DNA from: Trichoplax sp. H2
Lineage: Eukaryota
Assembly (NCBI GenBank): GCA_003344405.1
Contig: NOWV01000266.1
Span: forward strand, 1 to 64,000
DNA: 64,000 bases
Direction of reading: 5' to 3'
This document shows positions 26,212-44,773 of the stretch, in pieces (the first letter of the stretch is position 1; each line of letters opens with the position of its first letter). The notes under the pieces are model-generated. The model worked only from the letters and a program-made list of their open reading frames with translations. It did no database searches and was not told the origin of the DNA. Both the position numbers and the translations under genes were made by a program.

Positions 26212-29200
26212 TTAGACCGCAGAAGCTTCATCTTCATCTATAATTTAATAAATGAAAGACAAATTTTCCGTAAGAGTAAGAATATGAAGTAAAAATCTAA
26301 ATAATGTTATGTCGAAAAACAAAATATACCGGTCGCTAAAGGAATTGTCGCTTTTCTAGCCACCGCCTTTACATTGCCTAAGTATCAATCTTCCGTTAAC
26401 GAACTCATTGTAGTAAATGTTTAAAATTGTAATAGATAACTAGCATACCTCCAATTACTCCTGCATCTGATCGAAGACTTGTTGAAGTAGAATCTATTTG
26501 GTATCCAAGCAATATTATTACAAACAAAATCGTTTAAAATAATAGCCTACTTAACTAAAGTACATGTAAAGCATACTAAATTCCACAAACTATCGCATAA
26601 AATGTATTGACTAGAAATTATTGGGGTAGGTTAATGGATTGTGCAATGTCTACTAACACAATATACGCTGGAGATTAGCCATGCACTGCTCATGCTGTAA
26701 ACCTACATCGTAAACTTCTTCACACAAAAAGGAATTATCTTATCTTACAACCTGTTAGAAAAAGTAATACTATCTCAAACATATCCAAAACTGGCCTACG
26801 CAACGATCACCGGCACATTTTTCAGTTTAACAGCTTATTTAAATAGCTTAAATTGTAGCAACTCCTATGTATTATAGCATCGGAAAGTAGCTTGCAATTG
26901 AACATTAAACTTTACATACCAACAGTTAGAGCCCTACGTATGGATGGATATCTTTCGTACGATTTCAGATCTACAGCTTTGGCTGGATTTGCTATTATCC
27001 CAGAATTTAAATCATTACACATTGCTAATTCCATATTTATAACACAGCCTTAATTAAGCACATCACTCATGTGATACAAAATCGAATAAACTATGACCTT
27101 TTCCAACAACATCTGATAAGCTTGGATCAATATGCTGACATAAATGAAAACCTTGTATCGAATCATCTTCAGAGCTATCTGAGCCAAAATCTTGTGAAGA
27201 AATATCAGCTTTTCTATTACCAATGAGCGTGACTTCTTGACAATCGTATATAAATTCATTAGTTATATAAATCAAATAATTTCAGAAAGCTGGAACTCAC
27301 ACATCATCGCAAAATAAGTGGTACAAAATAGAATGTTCTGTACATGTGAACTACCTGATAGCTTTCTACGGATCTGTGGTAAGGAATCTAAAGTTTTAAC
27401 GGTACAAAAGACAGAATTAATACCTTACATACAATGCAGAATAAAGTGCTGAGTTTAAGGATCCCTACCTTCAGTCTTGTCGCTATTTCTTCTACCATTA
27501 TATGGCGAACCTTGCAGGCTTGCAATTGTCAATCTACGTTTCGGTTGGCTAGGCATTAAACCACTACCTATTTTTATTCAATATGTACCGTATTACTCCA
27601 GATATTAATATCAACCTTCTATGCTTATGACTGTAGGGATCAAAATCATTAAACTTAAATAAATTATCGAACTATCACTGATTATGTCTAAATACAATGC
27701 AAACTGACTATGTACGGTATTCTAGGTAATCATGCTAATTTACTCGGATTTGAGATAGGTTCGCAAGCACAAGACATCATGTCGAGCTGATCTTCATCTG
27801 TTACTATTTTTGCTTCTTCTAAGTATTTACGAACGCGCCGAACCATTAAGTTCTATATAAGATGAAAAGTCTCTTATACCATGAAATTAGCATAGTGACA
27901 CCGAAAACTCCTTTACCTCTTCATGCAGTCTCTTTGGATTCATGACGGACGGCTGCTTCTTTCCCCAACGTCTTATACCGCCCTGCATGGAAATATTGCT
28001 ACTCATATTTAGACTATTAGTGATATGATCGCTATGTGAACTTGCACTCTGCTATATAGAAAAAGTTATGAATTAATACAGTTAAGTAATTACCAATGAA
28101 ATATCGCGTATTTTATAATTTTTATAGGTCATACTAACAAATGAGCCGATATAGTGATGTCTAATATATCTTATCTCTTTTGATATCATCCTCAGTTTCT
28201 CAAAGTTTACCTAAAGAAATTGTTGTATTAAACAATGAATAAAACTTGAGGATATAGTAATAATTCTTACCAAACCATCGATTACACTTTCATTTCCAAG
28301 ATGTAAAAACGATAGATCTTTCAGTACAACCGGAAAAAATGGAATAATAGGACAATAGACACTGCTAACAAGGTTTCTATACTTGGACATATTTCTTGAT
28401 GGATCCATCAAGCCTTTCATATCCTATATGAACATTAATAATACATTATGCATTTGTGCATATCGTACAAACGAAGTCGGGGCTATCAGATTCCAGCGAA
28501 TCAGGCTTACTTCAAAAATTTTTAAGTATTTGCTAGGCAGCCGATCCCAAGTATTTTTAAGCCTTGAGACTGATCCATGACTCAATCCACTTCAAAATCG
28601 AAGATTTTTTTAGATTTAGCATCGAATAGCAAAATGAACTTCATTAATATCTCACCTCAAAACGGCAAAGAGGGTGTTGAAGTTTTTATATTCTCTACAG
28701 AAACCTAAAGCAATGCATTGTCGTCCTTGAAATACAGTACAACCTTACAAGGTATTCGAAAAACGTGCAAAACTTACGCGCAATCTTAATAAATCTTTTG
28801 ATGACCTTCATCCTTTTCGTAACATTGACTTCGGATAGAACTTCAGTAACTACCCAGAACATCTCCTGATTTGCAATCTAGTCACATTTGTAAATTTAAT
28901 TCGGCAAAAAATAATATCAACTAATACAACTTCGCTATGACATATACTTAAAATTTTTATGATACACGTATTCTACCTCCGTGAACTTTCTGAGATTTGG
29001 GACAGCAAAATAATCTTCTTTATTCAGTTTGAAAATATCAGCAATGTATTCGCTAGGGCAAATACTACTTAGCAGTTCTAAATCCTTCCGGCATTAATAT
29101 AAATATAAGAATTGTTCCTAATTGATAATTCAATTATAGATAAGCAACACGGTATCTAGCTATTAACTCACTCTAAGGGTTATTTCATGGGCTAGAACTT

Positions 29201-32200
29201 CAGACTGTAGCTGTAAAAAGCAAACATTAACTTCTTTCACCAACTCCTGTAGCAATTAGAAAATTTCGTCATCATAAGCCATTACTTTGAGACAAATAAA
29301 TAAAATCATGTTTTCCAAGTTACCGCTGCAGCTTCAGGCGATAACAGACTTTCTGTAGTATAATTATCTCTTAAATAGTACCTACATAAACAATTGGAGG
29401 TTAAGATAACATGTTATTTTCTACTCCTATTAGCAATCTATACACATAAAAACAAACATATTACCTGCCATTTAACGATATCTTATTTGCTAAATCTGTC
29501 ATTGAATCTGGAAGCCTTCTCTGTCGTATAAACTCTGATTCAGCTACAGTTACATCGAACAACGCACAATTCCTATTTTGTAGAAAGATATCGTTTAAAA
29601 GCGGTTTCGTTTATTAAAATTAGTTGGCATTTAGACTTACTCCAAAGAAACATTCAATCCAAAACTTTCAACTGCAAGCTTGACGACCATGGCAACTGTA
29701 TGTGTCTTGTTTAACGAAACAAAAGTTCTGTTATCGGAATACTGCAAAAACCATTTTTTATCCAATATCAAATATGCGTAATCCTACCTTCGAAATCATT
29801 AGGTATCTAAATGACTGATCTGCCCGATAAATTTTTAAAACTTGATCACCGTGTGAGTCACTATCACGACTTGGCAAACTATCTGCATCGCTTGGAGAAG
29901 CCACCGACACATTTGAAGTCCTTTTACTGCTATCTTGATCTTCCGAATCCTTACCAGAACTATCCATGCTACGTAATGGGTATTTGTTATTGAATCGATT
30001 ATGATTTTATTTACTGAAAAAATTATCCTATCAGCATAAGTTACCTATGCTTTCCAGCTAAAACATTCAATTTCTGAATTGCTTTCATAAATTTTGTGCT
30101 TGAAGATTGCTTACCGGTAATTACCTGGTTGGACTATTTTATTAGTTGTTACCTTTGTATTATATAATTCAATGTTTGTAAATAGCGTAAAGCAGTACCT
30201 TTTTACTAGAAACTTTCTTGCCAGTATTCAATGGATTACCGGGGACTTCAGCGGCTACAGTGCCTGTTTGAAAACAAATTGACGCCGCTCAAAATTCGAA
30301 GACAAGGAAATACCAGTTAAAAAGTTCTAGATTGCAAGTTCCAGGATTTGATACCACTATCGTCTTACCAGTAATTGATTTTTCATACGATCCAATACAT
30401 TCTTGATCAAAGTTTCTAGCGATTTCGGAATACGGCAGCGCCTTTAAAAAAACTTAATTTAGTTCTAACTACAGTTAAGGCAGTCAAATCATAAATGTAC
30501 AGAAGCTATAGAACATAAAAAAATATTATAAAAGTAGTATAAAGCAATATTCAATCAAAGACTTAAATTGGGTATTACAGAATTAAACTCCTACACCCGA
30601 AAGTAAATTCGGAAACTGTGTAGAAAGAGTAATAAGTGTGAAAACATCGCGATCTAATATTCACTCAACCTTTCTGCTCTCCTTATCAAACATAGCACTA
30701 ACAATTCATGTGCAATACATAAAGCCAAGTAACGCCATTCATTAAATTTTAGCATTGAGATACTACTGTTATACTAGTATTTAATTGACAGTTAATTAAT
30801 GATAGCTTACCGAGCCAGGAGCTATATTTAATCGCTCCGAAGTAACACTACAGTTTACTGCTTCCTTTAGACCTGACCAAATGACAATAGATAGTTATTG
30901 CAAAGTACCTGCAGTATTAAATAGTTTTAAGCGTACCGGTGATGCAGTACTTGACATTCAAAGTCAGATGTGAGCTCTTATTTATGATTTCCATAGCCTA
31001 GAAGAGATACATTTGAGCAAATAACAAATTAATTTACCATAAAGTTTAGTTTAGCAACTGCACTGCATTGTGATTAACCACAAAGTAGTCAAATCTTCGT
31101 CAAAATTCTTTTAAAATTATCCTACCTTCATCAAAGGCAAATTTGTTAATCGCTGGCCATTTATTTCTAAAAGCTATAAATTAAACAATATTTAATAAAG
31201 CAACTATGATTTTCAAAAGTATTTCGTAGATCACGAACCTGATCACCGATTTTGAGTCCAAGTTCGTCTGCTTTTGAATAAGGCTCAACCTTTAATTTAA
31301 TTATTAAATAAATAACGAAAGAATAGAGAACATGAAAATGTTTATAAATGTACCACGTAGATAATTATAATAATAAGTATGTAAGAGAAAAGCACTTACA
31401 TTAGAAACAAATAATCCCGTTGCAAATTCTTTCCCACCCATTACACTAAATCCAGGAGGCTTATCCTTGGATAACCGGTCCTGAAGTGGCAATTATTTTG
31501 CATATAATGTATTTGGGCCTGTTTCATACTGAAATTATTGTACTTACAAACACAATGGTCCGAAAATGAGCTTTAGAAACAATTACATTCTCCAGTTGTC
31601 GTAATAGTCCAAATAAGTTCTGTTAATACATGCGCATGGGAAGAGTAGATAGTGACATTACGGTTAATCATTATCACTATATACATCTTTAATAATATAA
31701 TACCTGTGATTCAACCTGCTTTGTGAAATTTTCAAGATACTTTTGCAACATAATATTTCGATCAAAGTCTTCATGGACATATTCCAGCCATTTGATAACA
31801 ATTTTAACAACCTAATATAGATTACAATGCAATAGTAAATCAACAGCACTGTAATCAGTAACAATTTCTATTTCAAAATTTACGTTTCATAGTTATCAAT
31901 AACCTTATCATGGAGAGTCTTATCTTTGAACCATTCAAATAAATTGCTAAAAATCCCAGACGCCTCTTGATTGAAAGTTCGATATGTCAATAAATAGTCT
32001 TCAATGTAAGTCTCTTCTAAACACGAATGATCAGCAATCAAGTGTTCTAAAAGCTTTTTGGGAGTAGCCTACAAAATTAAAGACGGTTTCAATGATCACT
32101 TCCCGGTAAATAACGCACTGCCGTCTGATCTGTAGAATAGCTTAGTATTTACTTACTCTTAAAATAATCCAATCCTTATGACTCCCATTTTCAGTTAGAC

Positions 32201-34861
32201 GAAGCTCAGCAACCGTTACTAGTACCCCGTTCTCTTCAATTCTTTGAATATTTTCTTCTTTCTTGCTTATTATCTTCCAATACTTCTCTTGTTCAATGCA
32301 AACAAACTATTATAAAATTTTATAATATGATATAGTATTCTCAGTATCAAGATGATAGATTAAAAAAACAATCAAATCACAAGAGTCATGCAAGTAGAAC
32401 AATACCCTTCTGAGTTCAAGCCTGTAGACGGCGAACAAAATGGCATAGAATGTATCTACTGCATTTACAAATACCTGACAATCGTCTTTTCGCGTAAGCA
32501 TTATGCCGTCATGGAACATGTCATAAGTCACAGGTTCTACGCCGAAACTACCATCAAATTCATTAAAGAGCTATAATTACTGTAGTTGTGGACGCTTCGA
32601 AATCAATGCATAATTTAATATAATCAAAAGATATAAAGGTAAATGGCCAATTACCTGTCTCCAGCGTTCATTACAAATGAATCATTTCCATTCCTTTGAA
32701 CAGTCACCGATCCGTTAAGTATTACTGACCAAGAATCCAGCTGTTTAGTAACGAAAAGTTTTACGCAGATCAGGTTTCTAATCATCTACTATTATAAACT
32801 GAATCTAAATTAATAAACGTACCTTTTCTTTATCCTTCAGAACGATGGTCCCTGCCTTGTCAACAACAGCAAAGTACATGACAGCACACATATCTCTTAA
32901 GATTAGCTGTGGCATGCTAGCAAATGCCTGTTAATACAAGAATAGAGGGAATATGAAGTAAAAATTTAATTCTAAATACTAAAAATTTATTTCGATAAAA
33001 CCTTGAAACGCTGCAAAAACTCCTGTAGGATATCAAGATCGGCATTTGTTCTTTCTACAGGTTTTTTTTCCAAAATATCCCTCACATAATCTTGACTACC
33101 ACTCAACGACTGCAGAAAATTCATTAATATAGTACTTAATTCTTCGATTGCAATTTATTTTCCCATTACGCTTAAATTAGAGGATATCTTAGTAATTTTT
33201 CCAAAAAAATATCAGAATATTGCAGGATACAAACTTCAGTTGATTGCAAAAGATCTTCATCTCCATCAGAATCTAAAATTAAAGGGGTTTATATGTATGC
33301 ATGCATGAGTTAATATTAAAATTAGTTGAGCCACAAGCTATCAATAGTACAAAGTAACTACTTTCACTACTCTAGAAATACCGTTGAGTTCCCTCGACAA
33401 ACCTGCAATCGGAAAAAGTCAATAGAATAAGTATTGTTAGATTAATTTCAGATCTTTGCTTGTCTTAGAAAATCATAAGATATACGCGTACTCCGCTGTA
33501 CATACTTGATATTCCACTTAGAGAATCATATTCATCATAGTAATCATTCTGGCTGGACTCATAATTTATATTAGGCTGCTTAATAGGTGACAGTCGAAAA
33601 TTATTTGGACTTACAATAGTTTTCTGCATAGAATAATAAATAAGAATATTTATATACTGTGTAAATGTCGTATACGTAGTAGACTCGCATTGATTGCAAC
33701 GTACCTCTCCTGAAATTTCATTTGCATTCTGATAAGGAGGCATGACGAAGTACTTTTCAGGTAATAATAGACTGACATCTGAAAAATCTACCTATAACAT
33801 AAACAGATTCATAGGCAACAGAATTGCGTAATATAGATCATTGATTTCAACACTAGGAGATAGCTCTACAGTACAAATATCGCAAAGACTTACAATAACC
33901 AACAATTCTGATTGTTCCAACGTGATGCATTGAGTGCCACGTTTCCCTCGTGTATTTTCGGCGATTTTTCCAAAACTGAATAATTTTATAAATCGATCAC
34001 ATATTCTGATTTCAAATCTGATTAAAAACAGCCAAGATTAACGCTATACACGTATTAAGATATCTACCTCATTCCGGGGAGATACATAGAGCCGTTAATG
34101 TAAACAGATCCAGACAACAGTATGTACCAACAGTCGCAAACACTGTTTTCTCTTGTAAAGCAGAAATTAAAGTAGGTATTCAAAAATTTATACAGTAGCA
34201 AAATGTACCGCAAATCAAAGTATTTAGGTTCAAAGCTAGGCATAGGCCTCAAAGCCAACTTAAAGCATTAATCACTCGTACAACTACCCTACCTGTATAA
34301 AACGTAATTGGCTTGGTGAATTTCATATCTCATAGTTTCACACATCGATCTAGAGTGCGAATTCAAGAAATAAAAGAGAAATACGCGTAAGCACAACGAC
34401 GAAAGCAGTACATAATGCACATAATGATACAGTACAGTATAGATAAAAGTTCAAATTAATAAAATGTCCTATACGCGTATCAATAAATATAATAGCTAAA
34501 ATTTATACGTAAACCACAAAATTCAATAATCAGTAATAAGTGGCTTTAGGACCTCAAGGTAAGGCGGGGATAACGTTTTAGGACATCTAAACTTGAAAGA
34601 CTGGAAGAAATGCGATCTATATCCTGAAACGATTGAATATTAAATAATACGGCACATCAATTCTCTTAGTACTGTATAGTGTAATTTCACATAATTTACT
34701 ACTTAAAACGCAACAAACGAAAAATAATGACAGGATATTCAAAATTATTGAAATTAAACTAGTGACGGATAGATTAGTAGCAAACTCACGTCATCATTTC
34801 TAATCTCCGGTGGTCTGGTTATAGATATAAAAAATTCTCGATCCAATTTAAGAGAGGCCAT
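26212..34861 (-). CDS. RAPGEF2: Rap guanine nucleotide exchange factor 2/6 (PDZ-GEF): cNMP-like x2, REM, PDZ, RA, CDC25
   Basis: First exon [24 protein letters not shown] (ATG 34861). CNB-like exons ([28 protein letters not shown]). [43 protein letters not shown]25 [33 protein letters not shown]. Last exon [11 protein letters not shown] (26212). Single ortholog of vertebrate RAPGEF2/6; not all internal exon borders were resolved. Confidence 0.9.
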
Positions 34862-35177
34862 AAGGAATGCTATCGGCTGGCTGTTGAGTATTGATACAGT
34901 AGTAACTTGATACACGTTATCGTTTTAACTACGCCTACAGTATCGATGATAAATTTATTAATTACTATATGCATATATTATTCCATGCTATTAAAGGTAT
35001 GCAGTAGATGATATAAACTCATACGTTGCTTAAATAGCAAGTGAAAAAAATAGTAATTACGAAAAGAAAAAGAACATTTATTAAGATGTAATAAATGTGC
35101 TGTAACTACAAAGAACATAATTACGATCAATACAATTTTAAATGTGTTTTTATAACGTTCTGTTCGGAGTTCTACAA

Positions 35178-36130
35178 ACTGTACGTACTGTACTGTACTG
35201 TACAGTCAAGGACTACTGTTTTGTACTAAAGAAAAAGAGAGTGCGCAGTTTATGCACAGTACTTTTAATCTATTGTACAGTACTGTAAAAATGTAGTAGC
35301 TTTTACATCTGATCCAGCTGATCAGCAGCAAAAGTTATGCAATCATAAATGCATTACTGTACTGTATCATATCTGTCCTGTACTGTACAGTACTGTATGT
35401 ACTATACTGACATTGTAACTGTACAGTACAGTACTCTACTGTACAGTATAGTACTACACGGTACTTTACATTGAAATACTGTAATGTACGGTACAGTACT
35501 GTACTGTATGGCTGATATACAGTACAGTTTATCGTACAAGCCGACTGTACTGTATAGTACCGTAGTGATACACCATACACGGTACCGTTTTACAAAGGGA
35601 ACTGAGGTTTAAAACGTGTAAAAAGTCTTTTTAAACCATAGCTGTTTCTTTCTTTCGATCATCTCTACCGTACGCTTAAAATGTTTTGAGTATTATACTT
35701 TATAGTATAGCCCGCTCCCTTGGAACCGAACGTCGATGATTCTATACTATTTCACTGAAACTAACGTCTTCTTACACTACCATTATACCTCTGTATATAG
35801 GCTGTATTTATTTGGCCTGTTCTGTTAAAACGTTCATCATATCAGTAGCTGTCTCCACAGTTAAGGCTCTAAGCCGGACTGGAGTCGACTCTTTGACGTC
35901 TACTGTAATCTACGGAGCAAAGTCTGTTCAAAACTTCACTGCCTTCACGATCCTTCAGTGTACACTATTAGTACTGTACACTAGTACTGAACAGTACTGT
36001 ACTGTACTGTACTGTACAGTATGTACAGCAGAACTTGTTTCCCAGTGTACTGTACAGTACAGTACTGTACATACTGTACTGTAGTGTACTGACTGTACTG
36101 TATTGTACAGTACTGTACAGTGCTGTACTG
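35178..36130. repeat. (TACAG)n/(CTGTA)n arrays in the divergent RAPGEF/PTEN intergenic region
   Basis: Clusters at ~35178-35220, ~35355-35580 and ~35970-36130 (e.g. gtactgtactgtactgtactgtacagta). Confidence 0.85.
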
Positions 36131-36357
36131 ATTGCTTCCATTCACAATTGAGTATCCCGTGGCCTTATTCACGCCATTACGCGATGGCGTGGAAGCGAAG
36201 TGTTGGCTATGCGTACATATAAAATTTTATGATTATATTTATCTTTTCAAGGTCTACAATATTTTATTTGTGCAAAGCAACTTAAATGGCATAATCGTCT
36301 TCAAATTATCACCTAAAGTGTTGCTCTGTAACGAAACTATTAAACACTGGCCTGGAG

Positions 36358-41307
<4,950 letters not shown>

Positions 41308-43468
41308 TTATGAGATCATTTCAATATTCGAAAACAAATTTGCGTTGGGCCATACCGATTAATTAGTTTCAACGCATTCTTAATAACGTTATATTGCGTA
41401 CTAATGTCATTGTAAATTAATCACACCTTCATATAAAGTTTAAAGTCGGTGTGCTTTTGTTGCATTCCATGACAGTAGCCTTATAATAGCTATGCTGTGC
41501 TCAAATATGATCCTAGCTTAGATTAGCGTTATTTTAAGCATGTTTTAGTGTAGTTTTCTACTTCCAGTAATGGTTTGCGAGAGTTATGATAAGATGTAAC
41601 CGATCATTAATAACGAGCCGCCTCATGTAAAATTGATAATCCATAGCCTTTCTGTTCGCAATTTACGTTACGGGATAATAGATTACTGTACTGTACATCG
41701 TACCCTTCAATCGTACGTTCTAGGAAATCGATTCGTGCACCGCCATAAGTTAGGCAGACCCTCTGTAACTGTATTTTACTGAAACTTCAAATTAATGTAT
41801 ACAGACATAACAATTTTATAGGGCATTAATTGTTTGCGGTATAGTAACTTCATTAGTTCTTTTAGGTGTGCAAAGTAGAGAATTTACTTTAGTGAAAATT
41901 CTAACGGCAGAAATTACTATCCGCTCATCAAGCGAACGTTGTACAGTTTACCTTGCGACTTACGTCTAAAATAAGAATAATGCGAGTATGATTCTGTATG
42001 CTTCGTGGCTTTTCTTTCGTGGTCAATGTACATACCTACCTATTCATGCAATACCTCTAACTTGAAACAGTACTACCGTAAATGCAGTATATAACGAGAA
42101 CGATGATGCTGTTCTTGTAAGCGCATTGCAGAATTCTTTATGGCTATCGAAAGTGTAAAAATTTTATCAATTATAATCAATTATAGAACATGTTTGCCAC
42201 TTATGAAAACATTGCCAAATAATTTAGCCTGAATATTATCTAGTGCAGTACGTAACTACGAATACGTCATACAACCATGTTTAATCATATTAGATATCCA
42301 CTTGCGGATTGTAACTATATCAAAAAGATGTTATATCATTATTAGAATAAATTGTCATTCAAGATATTAATTGTTATCGATATATTATAATGACCCTTTA
42401 AATATCATAGTTCACAGATTTCTTTAAATAAAATATTACATCACATTTCGTATGCTCATATCCAGAATAATACTGTACACTCGTATACTTAGTAAAACAG
42501 AATAGAATTCAATGAAAGATTTCTTAAATTCGAAAAATAAGTGAATTACAGAATCAAGCATCCGCTTAATGATCATTATATTATAACGAATAGAGTGAAG
42601 TGTGCAGTCCAGGTCTTTTTCTAGCAATCCATCGGACTTCATCCTCACGCCATCAGTCATACAGTAAGTCACTTATAACTTGAAGCTACTGTGCTGTTCT
42701 ACGATGAAATACCGCATTAGTCCATTTTCTTGTACTGCACGGCGTACTGAAGATTATGTACTGCACAGTAGGTTACTATAGAAAATGGCTTTCATTTGGC
42801 CAAATGCGGTACAGTAATTATAATTTCACTTTTGACGTTCAAATCATAAGCCAATATTGCTAATTTTAAAGCATATGAAATGTGAGTTGTTAATTTAATC
42901 ACTAATCGGATTGTAGAGATAAAACGCTAAAAGGCGTCTTGTATACTGTACTGTACTGTATAGTGTATATTCATTTTGAAAAGGAATGAATAAGGGTTAG
43001 CAGCGTCGAACCGTATTTTCGTTTACTTTAGTCATACGAAGTTGCCAAACTAAATCGTTAGCCCGCTGCTGGATTTAAAGCACATAGCTAGGCATCGTTA
43101 AAGGCTAAGGGTCATGATTACCGTGATATATACCGTGACCGTGCATATGGCAGGAGCATTCTAAGGAGTGTGTGGTTGAACTTGTTGTACCTGGGGATTA
43201 CTACAGTACAGTACAGTACTGTACTGTACATTATTACAGAATAGTGAAAAGAAAGAGACGAGACAGGAAACGACTACATTGCAAAATAATATGGATGCTT
43301 AGTAATAACCGCTAATTTGGATGTCAATCACGGATAGTATACTGTAGTGTACCATTACAGACATGTGATACAATTGAAATGACCAAAATAACAATTAGCC
43401 TCCACATTACTACTACAGTATACAGTATGTCTCATTCAAGATACAGTAAGCATTCGGATCTGATAGCC

Positions 43469-44773
43469 GTACTGTACTGTACATTATTGTATGTAATATT
43501 ATTTTGTTATGTCAAGGAGATGTCAGTGTAGATTTACTAAATTATCACGAACAAAAGTTACAGGTGTTACTGCTAAGATAGAGATCTATCATCAGAGAGA
43601 GAGACAGTAGATCAAGTATGCTTTTAATAAGCAGATGCATACTGTATGATTATAAACGACAATATACAGTACAGTACAGTACAGTAGATAGCTACATACT
43701 GTAGATCAAGACAGGTACAGTAGGTACTGTACAGTACTGTATGGTATGCAATATACTGTACAGTACATAGAGGTCTGATGCTACGGTACTGTGCACTGTA
43801 CAGTACTGTCGGTCCTGTCATTTCCCTAATAGTATTGTACAGTACCGTACTTTCTTTTTCAGGAGATCAAGTTACTGTACACTGTACAGTACTGTAGACG
43901 CTTTATAAATGGTAAACTAAAAATGTAAGAGTTATTAACTGTAAGTTCAAGCTTAAAGTTTAGTTTTAACTGACTGTGAACTCACGCTAAGACAAATCAA
44001 TAAATGTAGCTGATTGTAACTTTTACAGTAAATAAAGGAGCAATATATATCATCACATGGACAAATACGAGGTAAGAATAGTANNNNNNNNNNNNNNNNN
44101 NNNGTACTGTACTGTACATTATTGTATGTAATATTATTTTGTTATGTCAAGGAGATGTCAGTGTAGATTTACTAAATTATCACGAACAAAAGTTACAGGT
44201 GTTACTGCTAAGATAGAGATCTATCATCAGAGAGAGAGACAGTAGATCAAGTATGCTTTTAATAAGCAGATGCATGCTGTATGATTATAAACGACAATAT
44301 ACAGTATACAGTACTGTAGATAGCTACATACTGTACTATAGATCAAGACAGGTACACTCACTGGTACAGTATGGTATGCAATATGCATACAGTATACTGT
44401 ACTTACAGTACTGTATCGATTATACTGTACAGTACAGTATCATGCAGAGGTCTGATGCTACGGTACTGTGCACTGTACAGTACAGTACAGTACAGTACTG
44501 TACTGTCGGTCCTGTCATTTCCCTAATAGTATTGTACTGTACTGTACAGTACCTTACTTTCTTTTTCAGGGGATCAAGTTACTGTAGACGCTTTGTAAAT
44601 GGTAAACTAAAAATGTAAGAGTTATTAACTGTAAGTTCAAGCTTAAAGTTTAGTTTTAACTGACTGTGAACTCACGCTAAGACAAATCAATAAATGTAGC
44701 TGATTGTAACTTTTACAGTAAATAAAGGAGCAATATATATCATCACATGGACAAATACGAGGTAAGAATAGTA
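43469..44773. repeat. Near-identical duplication (43469-44083 and 44104-44773) flanking a 20-N assembly gap; contains TACAG arrays and the putative THOC6 exon 1
   Basis: Both copies begin gtactgtactgtacattattgtatg and end atggacaaatacgaggtaagaatagta. Differences are mostly indels in the tacag/gtact runs. Ns at 44084-44103. Confidence 0.9.

Noticed and set aside
33222..33230. Minus-strand GTATCCTG as a U12 donor in RAPGEF
   Set aside because: The reading frame requires the GT four bases earlier (GAA|gtttgt), and the match to the U12 consensus is imperfect.
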